Positions 1-8,333 of a stretch of 32,000 bases of DNA are shown piece after piece. This stretch comes from Halomicrobium mukohataei DSM 12286 (GTDB taxonomy: Archaea > Halobacteriota > Halobacteria > Halobacteriales > Haloarculaceae), in NCBI RefSeq assembly GCF_000023965.1, contig NC_013202.1, positions 2,910,001-2,942,000 of the forward strand. The letters run 5' to 3'. Both the position numbers and the translations under genes were made by a program. The notes beneath the pieces are model-generated. The model ran no database searches. It was given only the letters and a program-made list of their open reading frames with translations, and had not been told where the DNA came from. The stretch's first letter is position 1. Every line of letters begins with the position of its first letter.

Positions 1-91
1 TACGTGTGAGCGCCACGACCGCACAGCAGTACCCGGATCGGCGTTCGACGGGGGTGGTTTCTTTGTCGATGCGGTCGTCGGTGATCGCACG

Positions 92-328
92 ATGTCCTCG
101 CCCGATTCCGCCCCTCCGGACGCCCCCCGTTCACTCGGCCCGGTTCAGATACTCGAACGGTCGCTCACACGCCAGTTACTCGGCCTCGGACTCGCGTTGG
201 TGGGCATCTCGATCGTCAGCTGGGTGATCGAGAGCTCGCCGCCACTGTGGTCCGTGATTGCGCACACAGCTGTCGGTTCGTTTGCCGTCTTCAACGGGCT
301 CTACCTCGGAGGCGTTCGGTTCCGATAG
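92..328 (+). CDS. hypothetical small membrane protein (78 aa)
   Basis: ORF track 92..328 with an ATG start. Two hydrophobic stretches (LLGLGLALVGISIVSWVI and AHTAVGSFAVFNGLYLGG). No family recognised. Competing ORFs in other frames are Arg/Pro-rich shadows. Confidence 0.35.
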   Translation: MSSPDSAPPDAPRSLGPVQILERSLTRQLLGLGLALVGISIVSWVIESSPPLWSVIAHTAVGSFAVFNGLYLGGVRFR

Positions 329-354
329 CCCCACAGACCGACCGCGTGCGGGAC

Positions 355-360
355 TTTTTA
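355..360 (+). promoter_or_regulatory. TATA-like hexamer (TTTTTA) for the ABC transporter operon
   Basis: The only A/T run in a GC-rich spacer, 25-30 nt upstream of ATG 385. This spacing is typical of leaderless haloarchaeal transcripts. Confidence 0.4.
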
Positions 361-384
361 CTCTCCCATCACCTATAGAGGGCA

Positions 385-1401
385 ATGAAAACCCAGGAGC
401 GACCGCAGACGAGCGCCGACGCGGCCGCGACCGACGACCCGCCCGACGACGCCGCCCTCGTCGTCGAGGGGCTCTCCAAGCGGTTCGCCAGCGGCGACGC
501 CGCGGTCACCGCCGTCGACGACGTGTCCTTCAGCGTCGGCCGTGGCTCCGTCGTCGGGCTGCTCGGTCCCAACGGCGCGGGCAAGACGACGACGATCAAA
601 GCGATCCTCGGCATGGTGTTGCCCGACGCCGGCTCGGTTCGGATCGACGGGATCGACGTGTACGAACAGCCGAGTGCCGCCTACGCCAACGTCGACGCGA
701 TGCTGGAGGGCGCGCGCAACGACTACTGGCGGCTGACCGTCCGGGAGAACCTCCGGTACTTCGCGACGATCGGCGGCGTCGATCCCGACTCCGTAGCGGA
801 TCGCCACGAGCGCCTGCTCGACCAGCTCGATCTCGCCGAGAAGGCCGACGAGGCGGTTCGAGACCTCTCGCGGGGGATGAAACAGAAGGTGTCCCTCGCC
901 AGCGTGCTGGCGACCGACGCCGACGTGGTCTTTCTCGACGAGCCGACGCTCGGACTGGACGTGGAGAGTTCGCTGACGCTGCGACGCGAACTGCGCCGGA
1001 TCGTCGACGAGCGGGCGCTGACCGTCGTGCTCTGTAGCCACGACATGGACGTGATCGAAGCGGTCTGTGACCGCGTCGTGATCATGAACGACGGGCGCGT
1101 GATCGCGGACGACACCGTCGAGCGCCTCCTGTCGGGCGACGGCACTCAGCGGTTCGCCGTCGCCAGTTCGGACATCGACGAGGCGCTGCTCGCGCGCATC
1201 CGCGACGGCTTCGAGGTGACCGAGGTGACGACCGACGGCGAGCGAACGCGCGTCGAGGTGGCGACCGACAGCGAGGGGTTCTACGACCTGGCGGACCAGC
1301 TACGGGCCGCCGACGTGGCGCTGGACAGCGTCAACACGGCCCGGCCCGACCTCGAAGACGTGTTCCTCGGGCTGACCGACGAGGGCGAGGGCCGTCGATG
1401 A
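385..1401 (+). CDS. ABC transporter ATP-binding protein
   Basis: Walker A GPNGAGKTT, ABC signature LSRGMKQKVSLA, Walker B VVFLDEPTLGLD, H-loop CSHDM. Its stop overlaps the next start (ATGA at 1398-1401). Confidence 0.92.
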   Translation: MKTQERPQTSADAAATDDPPDDAALVVEGLSKRFASGDAAVTAVDDVSFSVGRGSVVGLLGPNGAGKTTTIKAILGMVLPDAGSVRIDGIDVYEQPSAAYANVDAMLEGARNDYWRLTVRENLRYFATIGGVDPDSVADRHERLLDQLDLAEKADEAVRDLSRGMKQKVSLASVLATDADVVFLDEPTLGLDVESSLTLRRELRRIVDERALTVVLCSHDMDVIEAVCDRVVIMNDGRVIADDTVERLLSGDGTQRFAVASSDIDEALLARIRDGFEVTEVTTDGERTRVEVATDSEGFYDLADQLRAADVALDSVNTARPDLEDVFLGLTDEGEGRR

Positions 1402-2222
1402 CGGGACAGCCAGCCAGTGAGACGCCGAGCGGCGGGGAGACGCCCCGTCGGGCTTCCTACTACCACCTCGCGAGGGCCGTCCTCGTCCGTGAGTTCCTGC
1501 TGTTCGTGCGCTACCCGGCCAACGCCCTCGGCGGGATCGTCGTCTCGCTTTTCTTCTTCGGGCTGCTGTTCTACGGCGGGCGGATGATCGCCGGACAGGC
1601 GCTGACCGACTCGCTGGAGGGGATCGTCGTCGGCTACTTCCTGTGGACGCTCGCGGTCGGTGCCTACTCCTCGATCTCGAACGACATCGGCAGCGAGGTC
1701 CAGTGGGGGACCCTGGAGCGCCACATCATGACGCCCTTCGGTTTCGCGCCGGTCGCGCTGTTGAAAGGCGTCGCGAAGGTCGTCCGGACCTTCCTCACGT
1801 CGGCGGTGATCCTCGCGGTCATGCTCCTGCTCACCGATACCACCCTCCAGTTGCCGGTCGTCACGATCACGGTCGTCGCCGCGCTAGCGGTCGCCTCCGT
1901 GCTGGGACTTGGCTTCGCGGCCGGCGGCGTCGCCGTCCTCTACAAGCGCATCGGCAACTGGCTGAACCTCCTTCAGTTCGGATTCATTCTGCTGATCTCG
2001 GCCCCGGCGTTCGACCTCGGGTGGACGAAGTTCCTCCCGCTGGCACAGGGCAGCGCGCTCCTCCAGCGGGCGATGATCGACGGGACGCGGCTGTGGGAGT
2101 TTCCCGCCGTCGACCTGCTGGTCCTCGTCGGCGTCGCCGTGGGCTACGTCGTGCTCGGCTACGCCGCCTTCGAGGCCGCGACGCGGCGAGCCCGACGGCT
2201 CGGGGTGCTTGGCGACTACTGA
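1398..2222 (+). CDS. ABC-2 type transporter permease
   Basis: 274 aa with about 6 hydrophobic helices. Translationally coupled to the ATPase by a 4-nt ATGA overlap. Size and topology are typical of the ABC-2 exporter family. Confidence 0.8.
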   Translation: MTGQPASETPSGGETPRRASYYHLARAVLVREFLLFVRYPANALGGIVVSLFFFGLLFYGGRMIAGQALTDSLEGIVVGYFLWTLAVGAYSSISNDIGSEVQWGTLERHIMTPFGFAPVALLKGVAKVVRTFLTSAVILAVMLLLTDTTLQLPVVTITVVAALAVASVLGLGFAAGGVAVLYKRIGNWLNLLQFGFILLISAPAFDLGWTKFLPLAQGSALLQRAMIDGTRLWEFPAVDLLVLVGVAVGYVVLGYAAFEAATRRARRLGVLGDY

Positions 2223-2223
2223 G

Positions 2224-2373
2224 ACTGTCGGCTGTCCCTTCGCGACGAGACGTGCCACCTCGGGATGGCGAAATCGTTCCCAGACGGACAGCCGACAGTG
2301 TGACACGGCGACGACGGTCCTACCAGACGGACAGCCGACAGTGTGACACGGCGACGACGGTCCTACCAGACGG
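2224..2373. repeat. intergenic repeat cluster: perfect 43-bp tandem repeat (2.16 copies, 2281-2373) plus a 14-bp inverted arm (2224-2237)
   Basis: The unit CAGACGGACAGCCGACAGTGTGACACGGCGACGACGGTCCTAC occurs at 2281-2323 and 2324-2366, followed by the first 7 nt again. ACTGTCGGCTGTCC (2224-2237) is the exact reverse complement of GGACAGCCGACAGT inside each unit (2286-2299 and 2329-2342). The cluster lies between convergent stops at 2222 and 2422. Confidence 0.9.
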
Positions 2374-2421
2374 TCGCTGTCGCCGTCGTGCGGTCGACCG
2401 GGCAAACGGCGAGGATCCGTC

Positions 2422-3081
2422 TCAGGTCCGGCAGATGTCGTGGAGGTCCGACAGCGAGTCGATGTCCCACGTCGGCCAGACGTTGAGCTCCCAGTCCGTG
2501 CGGTGTGGGCGGCGGATGAACGCCGAGTCGATGCCCGCGTTCTCAGCGGCGCGGATGTCTGACTCGTTGTCGCCGACGAACAGCGCGGAGTCGGCGTCGA
2601 GGTCGGCCAGCGCGCGGTCGAGGTAGTGGCTGTTTGGCTTGCGCCGGTCGAGGCTCTGGATCGTCGGCTCGCGGCCGTAGGCGGTGCCGAAGTGATCGCG
2701 CACCGAGAAGTGATCCAGGAGGAAGTCGACCGTCGCCTGCTGGTTCGAGCTGACGATACCTTTCGCGGCGTCTAAGCCGTCGAGCGTGTCGATGTCGTCG
2801 TACGGGCGCTTGCGCCCGGCGCGGGCCTCTTCCTGCTGGGCCTCGACCATCTTCTCTTCGCGAGCGCGCCAGAACTCCTCTCGTGGGAGGTCGTACTGGC
2901 CACAGATCGTCGCTACCTGGTGTGGGGTCGCTCCCACTGTCATGTTTTCGACGTGGTTGGGGTCCGGATCGGTCACACCGAACGCTTCGAACGTCTCCTG
3001 GGTCGCGTCCTGAAGAACGTCGAAGGCGGTCCGACCGACGAGGACACCGTCGTTGTCGAACACGACGGTATCGTAGGTCAT
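2422..3081 (-). CDS. HAD-superfamily hydrolase (phosphatase-like)
   Basis: Motif I VVFDNDGVLV (DxDG) at the N-terminus and motif IV VGDNESDIRAAENAG near the C-terminus. 219 aa. Confidence 0.85.
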   Translation of the reverse strand: MTYDTVVFDNDGVLVGRTAFDVLQDATQETFEAFGVTDPDPNHVENMTVGATPHQVATICGQYDLPREEFWRAREEKMVEAQQEEARAGRKRPYDDIDTLDGLDAAKGIVSSNQQATVDFLLDHFSVRDHFGTAYGREPTIQSLDRRKPNSHYLDRALADLDADSALFVGDNESDIRAAENAGIDSAFIRRPHRTDWELNVWPTWDIDSLSDLHDICRT

Positions 3082-3104
3082 ACGCCAGGTACGTCGGAGG
3101 GCGG

Positions 3105-3110
3105 TATAAG
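3105..3110 (-). promoter_or_regulatory. TATA-like element (CTTATA on the minus strand) for the HAD hydrolase gene
   Basis: TATAAG at 3105-3110, 24-29 nt upstream of the minus-strand ATG at 3081. Confidence 0.4.
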
Positions 3111-3390
3111 TGTTTCACCACCGCGGCTGGCGGCTACGCTTCGTCCAGTCGGCAGGATCACGAACGCAGAGGTCGAGAAACGAGTGACGGCGACGGATGA
3201 ATGCGAACGCGAGGCGGCACGTTCGACCGGCGGTTTTTCCCGCCGATCTAGTCGCCCCCAGCGCGGCGTCGAGCCACGCCGCGAGCGACGAGGTTATCGC
3301 GGGAGTCTAACCCCCGTTCCGACTTCTAACCACGAATGTGCCGCCTCACGGCGGCTCTGTACAGGGCAGTACAGCCCACAGAGTCCACGG

Positions 3391-3398
3391 TTTAAAAT
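3391..3398 (+). promoter_or_regulatory. TATA box (TTTAAAAT) for the 388-aa orphan gene
   Basis: Strong A/T octamer 30-37 nt upstream of ATG 3428. It lies inside the N-terminal extension of track ORF 3338..4594, which argues for the internal ATG start. Confidence 0.5.
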
Positions 3399-3427
3399 AC
3401 CCCTGCTCGCAAATAAAGCTTGAGACG

Positions 3428-4594
3428 ATGGGGATCTACGAGGGGACGATCACCGAGACGACACAGGCGTTCTATCTGGAGCGACTGTTCGACCGGTCCG
3501 AGCTACGGCCGGCCGTCCGGAACAGGTCGGAGAGTCTCGTCACCGACGGCGATCACGACGCGAAGACGGTCGCAGTCGACGCCGTCGGCACCTTCGACGG
3601 TGGGTGGGCGTTCTGGGATCACCTCCAGTACCCGGAGCGACGCAACAACTTCGAGTTCCGGCCGCTGTTTTGCGTCCCCAGCTACGAGTTCACGCTTCCC
3701 GGCTGGACGTTCGGTCGGTACGATCTGGTGAACCTCGACGTGACGGCCCGAGTCCTCTACTACCCGTTCGGTCTGGCCGTCGCCCGGTTTCGAGTGTACT
3801 TCGAGAGTTCGCGGCCCCTCGATCTCACTGATTTCATCGCGTTCCAGCGGACCGTTCGCCAGGAGCTCCGCGTCGACGGAGCCCCTCCCTCGTGGGCCGA
3901 CGACAGTGGCCCGCTCGTCCAGGAGATATTCCGACCGATCGATCGGTGGCTCTTCGGAGCGAACGTGCCCGACACGTACGTCGGCCGGATCGGCGAACGG
4001 CCAGTTGCCACGATCTCGTTTCTCTACGACGCCGACGCGCTCAGCGAGCGAGAACGGGGACAGCTGATCCGCCGCGACGACCGGCCGCTGGACGAAGAGA
4101 CGCTCAACAGCCACGCGAAGCCGTACATCGGCCGCTTCGACACGGACGCGATCTCGGTTGCCCGACCGGGAGCGGTGATCCAGACCGGCGCGTTCGACGA
4201 ACACCGTCACTGGAGTCGCCGCTGGAAGCGACTACAGCTGCTCAACAACCTCTACCTGGCGTACGATTTCGCGCTGCTGGAAGACCAGCACCTGACGCGG
4301 ATCCGGGACCGTCTCGGTGCGACCCTTGACGACCTCGACAGCGTTTCCGCCGCTCGGAAACCACTGACCCCACGGGCGCTCCAGATCACGGACGATCTGT
4401 TGCGTTTCGGTGGCCAGCTCCGGGGCACCCGCGGGCAGGTCTACGAACAGCTCGAACCCACAGACGTGAAAGAGTCCGCGAATCCGGTCGTCGACGACTA
4501 CATAGACCGGCTGTTGAGCCACGAGACGGTTTTGCAACAGACCGCCGGTGGGCTCCCGGCCACGCTCCTGAAGTACATCCCGTTCGCGGGCTGA
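3428..4594 (+). CDS. hypothetical protein (388 aa), no recognisable domain
   Basis: Long ORF with strong G/C third-position bias. Start chosen at ATG 3428 (MGIYEGTITE...) because of the upstream TATA. No TM segment and no catalytic or nucleotide-binding motif recognised. Confidence 0.7.
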   Translation: MGIYEGTITETTQAFYLERLFDRSELRPAVRNRSESLVTDGDHDAKTVAVDAVGTFDGGWAFWDHLQYPERRNNFEFRPLFCVPSYEFTLPGWTFGRYDLVNLDVTARVLYYPFGLAVARFRVYFESSRPLDLTDFIAFQRTVRQELRVDGAPPSWADDSGPLVQEIFRPIDRWLFGANVPDTYVGRIGERPVATISFLYDADALSERERGQLIRRDDRPLDEETLNSHAKPYIGRFDTDAISVARPGAVIQTGAFDEHRHWSRRWKRLQLLNNLYLAYDFALLEDQHLTRIRDRLGATLDDLDSVSAARKPLTPRALQITDDLLRFGGQLRGTRGQVYEQLEPTDVKESANPVVDDYIDRLLSHETVLQQTAGGLPATLLKYIPFAG

Positions 4595-4624
4595 GCGGTC
4601 GACTCCGATCCCGACCAGACACCG

Positions 4625-4629
4625 TTTTA
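4625..4629 (+). promoter_or_regulatory. TATA-like element (TTTTA) for the radical SAM gene
   Basis: A/T pentamer 25-29 nt upstream of ATG 4654. Confidence 0.35.
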
Positions 4630-4653
4630 GGCGTCGAGCCGGTAACGACGGAC

Positions 4654-6372
4654 ATGACTACAGACCCCGCCGACCTCTCGGTGACGATCGTCGACGGCTA
4701 CGTCGACGAGCCGGCCCACTTCGGGGTCCCGCCGTACATCTCGACGTATCCGCGCTACACCGCCGGAGCGCTCGTCGACGCCGGTGTCCCTCGGCGACAG
4801 ATCACGTACCACACGATCGACGCGCTGCGCGAGGACAGCGCCCGCTGGCAGGACGTAGAGCAGGCCGACCTGCTGGTCTACGTCGGCGGGATGACCGTCC
4901 CCGGCAAGTACGTCGGCGGGACGCCGGCAGAGCCCGACGAGGTCCGCAAGCTGGCCTGGACTGCAGGAGGCACGTCGATGATGGGCGGGCCCGTCCGCTT
5001 CGGCGTCGGCGAGGCCAACGAAGGGGCCAGCGAGACCGCACGCGACGATCTGGACTTCGACTTCCTCGCGATGGCCGACGTGGAAGCGGCGGCCTACGAT
5101 CTCGTCGACAACGGGCTCGAAGGGTTCGAAGACCGCTACCGCGGCGTCCCCGAAGAGACCCGCTGGGCGCGCCAGGGTGCCTTCGTCGTCGAGCAACACC
5201 CCAACCATCCGGACTACCTCATCGCCGAGTTAGAGACCTCGCGTGGGTGTCCCTACCGCTGTTCGTTCTGTACGGAACCGATGTACGGCGACCCCGACTT
5301 CCGGCCGCCCGAGAGCGTCGTCGACGAGGTCGACGCGCTCTCCGATCGCGGCGTGGCGAACTTCCGACTGGGTCGTCAGGCGGACATCCTCGCCTACGGC
5401 GGCGACGGCAAGTCACCGAACCCCGACGCGCTCCGCGATCTCTACGGCGGCATCAGGTCGGTCGCGCCGGACCTGGAGACGCTGCACCTCGACAACATGA
5501 ACCCCATCACGGTCGTCGAGTGGCCCGAGAAGGCCCGCGAGGGGATCCGCGTCATCGCCGAGCACAACACGCCCGGCGACACGGCGGCGTTCGGGCTGGA
5601 GTCGGCCGATCCGCTCGTCCAGGAGGAGAACAACCTCAACGTCTCCGCCGAAGAGTGTTTCCAGGCCGTCCGGATCGTCAACGAGGTCGCGGGCGTCCGG
5701 CCGGGCGAGGAGCCCGGCAGCGGCCCCAGTACGGGCAGTGACGCTCCCAACCGGCTCCCGAAACTCCTGCCGGGGATCAACCTCGTCCACGGACTGAAGG
5801 GCGAACGCCGGGAGAGCTTCGAACACAACAAGCGGTTCCTCCAGCGCGTCTACGACGAGGGGTACATGCTGCGCCGGATCAACATTCGGCAGGTCATGGC
5901 CTTCGAGGGGACCGACATGGCCGACACCGGCGCGGAGATCGCCAAGGACCACAAGCAGCTGTTCAAGCAGTACAAGCAGGAGGTCCGCGAGACGATCGAC
6001 AATCCGATGCTCAAGCGGGTCGCGCCGGTCGGGACCGTGCTCCCGAACGTGACCCTGGAGTACCACCAGGACGGGAAGACCTTCGGCCGCCAGCTGGGGA
6101 CCTATCCGCTGTTGGTTGGGATTCCCGGCGAACGCGAGCTCGGCCGGACCATCGACGTGGCGATCACCGACCACGGCTATCGATCGGTGACCGGCGTCCC
6201 CTACCCGCTCGACCCCAACGCCGCCTCGATGGACGAGCTGCGGGCGATTCCGGGTATCGGGCGCTCGACGGCCGGCGACATCGTCGTCGACAGGCCCTAC
6301 GACTCCGTCGAAGAGATCGACGACGCGCTGACCCAGTTCGTCGCCGCCGAACGTCGACAGGGAGCGGACTGA
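4654..6372 (+). CDS. radical SAM protein with a C-terminal helix-hairpin-helix
   Basis: CxxxCxxC cluster motif in SRGCPYRCSFCTEP (Cys199/203/206, nt 5248-5271). C-terminal LRAIPGIGRSTAGDIV is an HhH-like motif. 572 aa. Confidence 0.85.
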   Translation: MTTDPADLSVTIVDGYVDEPAHFGVPPYISTYPRYTAGALVDAGVPRRQITYHTIDALREDSARWQDVEQADLLVYVGGMTVPGKYVGGTPAEPDEVRKLAWTAGGTSMMGGPVRFGVGEANEGASETARDDLDFDFLAMADVEAAAYDLVDNGLEGFEDRYRGVPEETRWARQGAFVVEQHPNHPDYLIAELETSRGCPYRCSFCTEPMYGDPDFRPPESVVDEVDALSDRGVANFRLGRQADILAYGGDGKSPNPDALRDLYGGIRSVAPDLETLHLDNMNPITVVEWPEKAREGIRVIAEHNTPGDTAAFGLESADPLVQEENNLNVSAEECFQAVRIVNEVAGVRPGEEPGSGPSTGSDAPNRLPKLLPGINLVHGLKGERRESFEHNKRFLQRVYDEGYMLRRINIRQVMAFEGTDMADTGAEIAKDHKQLFKQYKQEVRETIDNPMLKRVAPVGTVLPNVTLEYHQDGKTFGRQLGTYPLLVGIPGERELGRTIDVAITDHGYRSVTGVPYPLDPNAASMDELRAIPGIGRSTAGDIVVDRPYDSVEEIDDALTQFVAAERRQGAD

Positions 6373-6460
6373 CGGCCGGCGTCGAGGGTGTCGCGACGGA
6401 TGGAGTGTCGACGGTCGTCCCGAGGTGACGACCGGCTGGGCTCGTCGGCCGAACAGAAGG

Positions 6461-6467
6461 TACTTTT
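6461..6467 (+). promoter_or_regulatory. TATA-like element (TACTTTT) for the GT2-fusion gene
   Basis: A/T-rich heptamer 25-31 nt upstream of ATG 6492. Confidence 0.35.
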
Positions 6468-6491
6468 CGGTCGCTCGCGCACGGTGACACA

Positions 6492-8333
6492 ATGAGCGAC
6501 GTGGAAGTCAGCGTCGTCCTGCCGGCCTACAACGAGGCCGCGACCATCGAGGAGACGGTCGAGACGACGCTGTCGACGCTTGCAGCCTTCCTGCCAGCGG
6601 GGAGCTTCGAAGTGATCGTCGCGGAGGACGGCTGTGAGGACCGCACACCGGAGATCGCGACCCGGATGGCCGACGCCGACGAGCGCGTACGCCACGTCCA
6701 CTCCGACGAGCGACTCGGACGAGGCGGGGCGCTGTCCTACGCTTTCCGGCAGGCGGAGGGCGAGACGCTGGTGTACTTCGATACGGATCTGGCGACGGAC
6801 ATGCGCCACCTCGAAGAGCTGGTCGAGTCGGTCCGTTCGGGCGAGTACGACGTGGCCACGGGATCGCGCTGGCTCCCCGAGAACCGGGCCGATCGCCCCG
6901 CGAAACGAGGGGTGCCGAGTCTCGGCTACAACACCCTCGTGCGGCTGTTCCTGCGATCGGATCTGCAGGACCACCAGTGTGGCTTCAAAGCGTTCGATCG
7001 GGCGGCGGCGCTCGATCTCCTCGACGAAGTCGAAGACGAACACTGGTTCTGGGACACGGAGCTGCTGGTCCGCGCCCAGCGCGAGGGCTACCGCGTCAAG
7101 GAGTTCCCGGTCGACTGGACGCCGAAGGGCGACTCGAAGGTCGATCTCGTGCGGGACGTGTTCGGGATGGGGAGCCAGATCGTCCGAACATGGTGGCAGC
7201 TGTCGGTGAGCCCACGGATCACGCGGAAGGTGAGCATGACTGCCGGGTCGCTGCTGGTGATCGCCGCGCTCGTGCTCGCGGTGACGGTCGTCTTCGATCC
7301 GGCGGCCGTCCTGGACGCGATTAGCGGGGCGGACGGCGTCGTCGTCGCGTTCTCTGGCGTGGTGTACCTGCTGTCGTGGCCGCTGCGCGGACAGCGCTAT
7401 CGGGACATCCTCGCTCGGCTGGGCCACGACAGCGACACGTGGTTCCTCACGGGCGCGATCTTCATCAGTCAGACGGGGAACCTCGTCTTTCCCGCCAGAC
7501 TCGGCGACGGCGTCCGGGCGTACGTCGTCAAGGCCCGCCGGCAGATCCCGTATCCGACCGGGTTCGCCTCGCTGGCCGTCGAACGCGTCTTCGACCTGCT
7601 CGCGATCACGGTCCTGGCCGGGAGCGTCCTCGTCGGTCTCGTCGTCACCGGCGGGACCGATCAGGTCGCCCAGGCGATCGCGGCCGACGTACCCCCGGTG
7701 ACGATCGGAGACGACACGCTCGATCCCGCCGCGGCGGCGCGGACGGCGCTCCGGGTCGCCGCCGTCGTCGGAGCAGCAGCGATTGCCGGCGTCGCCGTGA
7801 TCGTCGTCAGCGCCCGCCGGGACAGCGACCTCGTCCACCGTGCGGTCACCGCGCTCAGCAACGACTCCTACGCCCAGTACGTCTCCGGGATCGTCGAGCA
7901 GTTCGTCGGCGACGTCGAGACCGTCGTCGCCGACCGGGGGGCCTTCCTCCGGGTCGGTGTCGGCAGCCTCGTCATCTGGATCGTCGACGTGTTGACGGCG
8001 GTCGTCGTCTTCGCTGCCTTCCCCAGCATCGAGCTCTCGCCGTCGCTGGTGGCAGCCGCGTTCTTCGCGGTCAGCGTCGGTAACCTCGCGAAGATCCTCC
8101 CGCTGTCGCCGGGCGGGATCGGCCTCTACGAGGGTGCCTTTACCCTCATCGTCGTCGGGCTGACGACCGTTACGGGGCCGGTCGCACTCGCGATCTCGAT
8201 CGTCGATCACGCCGTCAAAAACGCCGTCACGATCGTCGGCGGCCTGGGATCGATGGCCTGGCTCAACGTCTCGCTGACGACCGCGGTCGAAGAGTCCCAG
8301 CAGTCCGGCGAAATCGAGCCGGAGGCCGACTAG
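6492..8333 (+). CDS. glycosyltransferase family 2 (dolichyl-phosphate hexose synthase-like) fused to a polytopic flippase-like membrane domain; AglD-like architecture
   Basis: The N-terminal ~230 aa form a GT-A domain (VVLPAYNEA, EDGCEDRT, DxD in YFDTDLATD, QCGFKAF). The C-terminal ~380 aa contain many TM helices resembling lysyl-PG-synthase/flippase-like domains. From memory, not checkable here, this architecture and the neighbourhood resemble Haloferax volcanii AglD. Confidence 0.8.
   Translation: MSDVEVSVVLPAYNEAATIEETVETTLSTLAAFLPAGSFEVIVAEDGCEDRTPEIATRMADADERVRHVHSDERLGRGGALSYAFRQAEGETLVYFDTDLATDMRHLEELVESVRSGEYDVATGSRWLPENRADRPAKRGVPSLGYNTLVRLFLRSDLQDHQCGFKAFDRAAALDLLDEVEDEHWFWDTELLVRAQREGYRVKEFPVDWTPKGDSKVDLVRDVFGMGSQIVRTWWQLSVSPRITRKVSMTAGSLLVIAALVLAVTVVFDPAAVLDAISGADGVVVAFSGVVYLLSWPLRGQRYRDILARLGHDSDTWFLTGAIFISQTGNLVFPARLGDGVRAYVVKARRQIPYPTGFASLAVERVFDLLAITVLAGSVLVGLVVTGGTDQVAQAIAADVPPVTIGDDTLDPAAAARTALRVAAVVGAAAIAGVAVIVVSARRDSDLVHRAVTALSNDSYAQYVSGIVEQFVGDVETVVADRGAFLRVGVGSLVIWIVDVLTAVVVFAAFPSIELSPSLVAAAFFAVSVGNLAKILPLSPGGIGLYEGAFTLIVVGLTTVTGPVALAISIVDHAVKNAVTIVGGLGSMAWLNVSLTTAVEESQQSGEIEPEAD

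Noticed and set aside
258-1041. 259-aa plus-strand and 222-aa minus-strand ORFs overlapping the ABC ATPase gene
   Set aside because: The frame at 385..1401 carries the Walker A/B and signature motifs. The others are Arg-rich shadows.
3121-3340. Search for a tRNA or other classical RNA gene in the long spacer (also 8334..8590 and 17949..18121)
   Set aside because: I could not find an acceptor/T-arm arrangement (GTTCGAATC-like T-loop with matching stems) or any rRNA-like sequence. Only isolated hairpins are present, and these are reported as a low-confidence finding instead.
3338-3427. 30-codon N-terminal extension of the orphan gene
   Set aside because: It contains the TTTAAAAT box and has A/T-rich, non-coding-like codons. 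The leaderless start at 3428 fits better.
6297-8210. 637-aa minus-strand ORF covering the AglD-like gene
   Set aside because: It is antisense to a gene with clear GT2 motifs and TM helices. The product is an Arg/Asp/Pro/Gly-rich low-complexity string typical of stop-free shadow frames in high-GC DNA.
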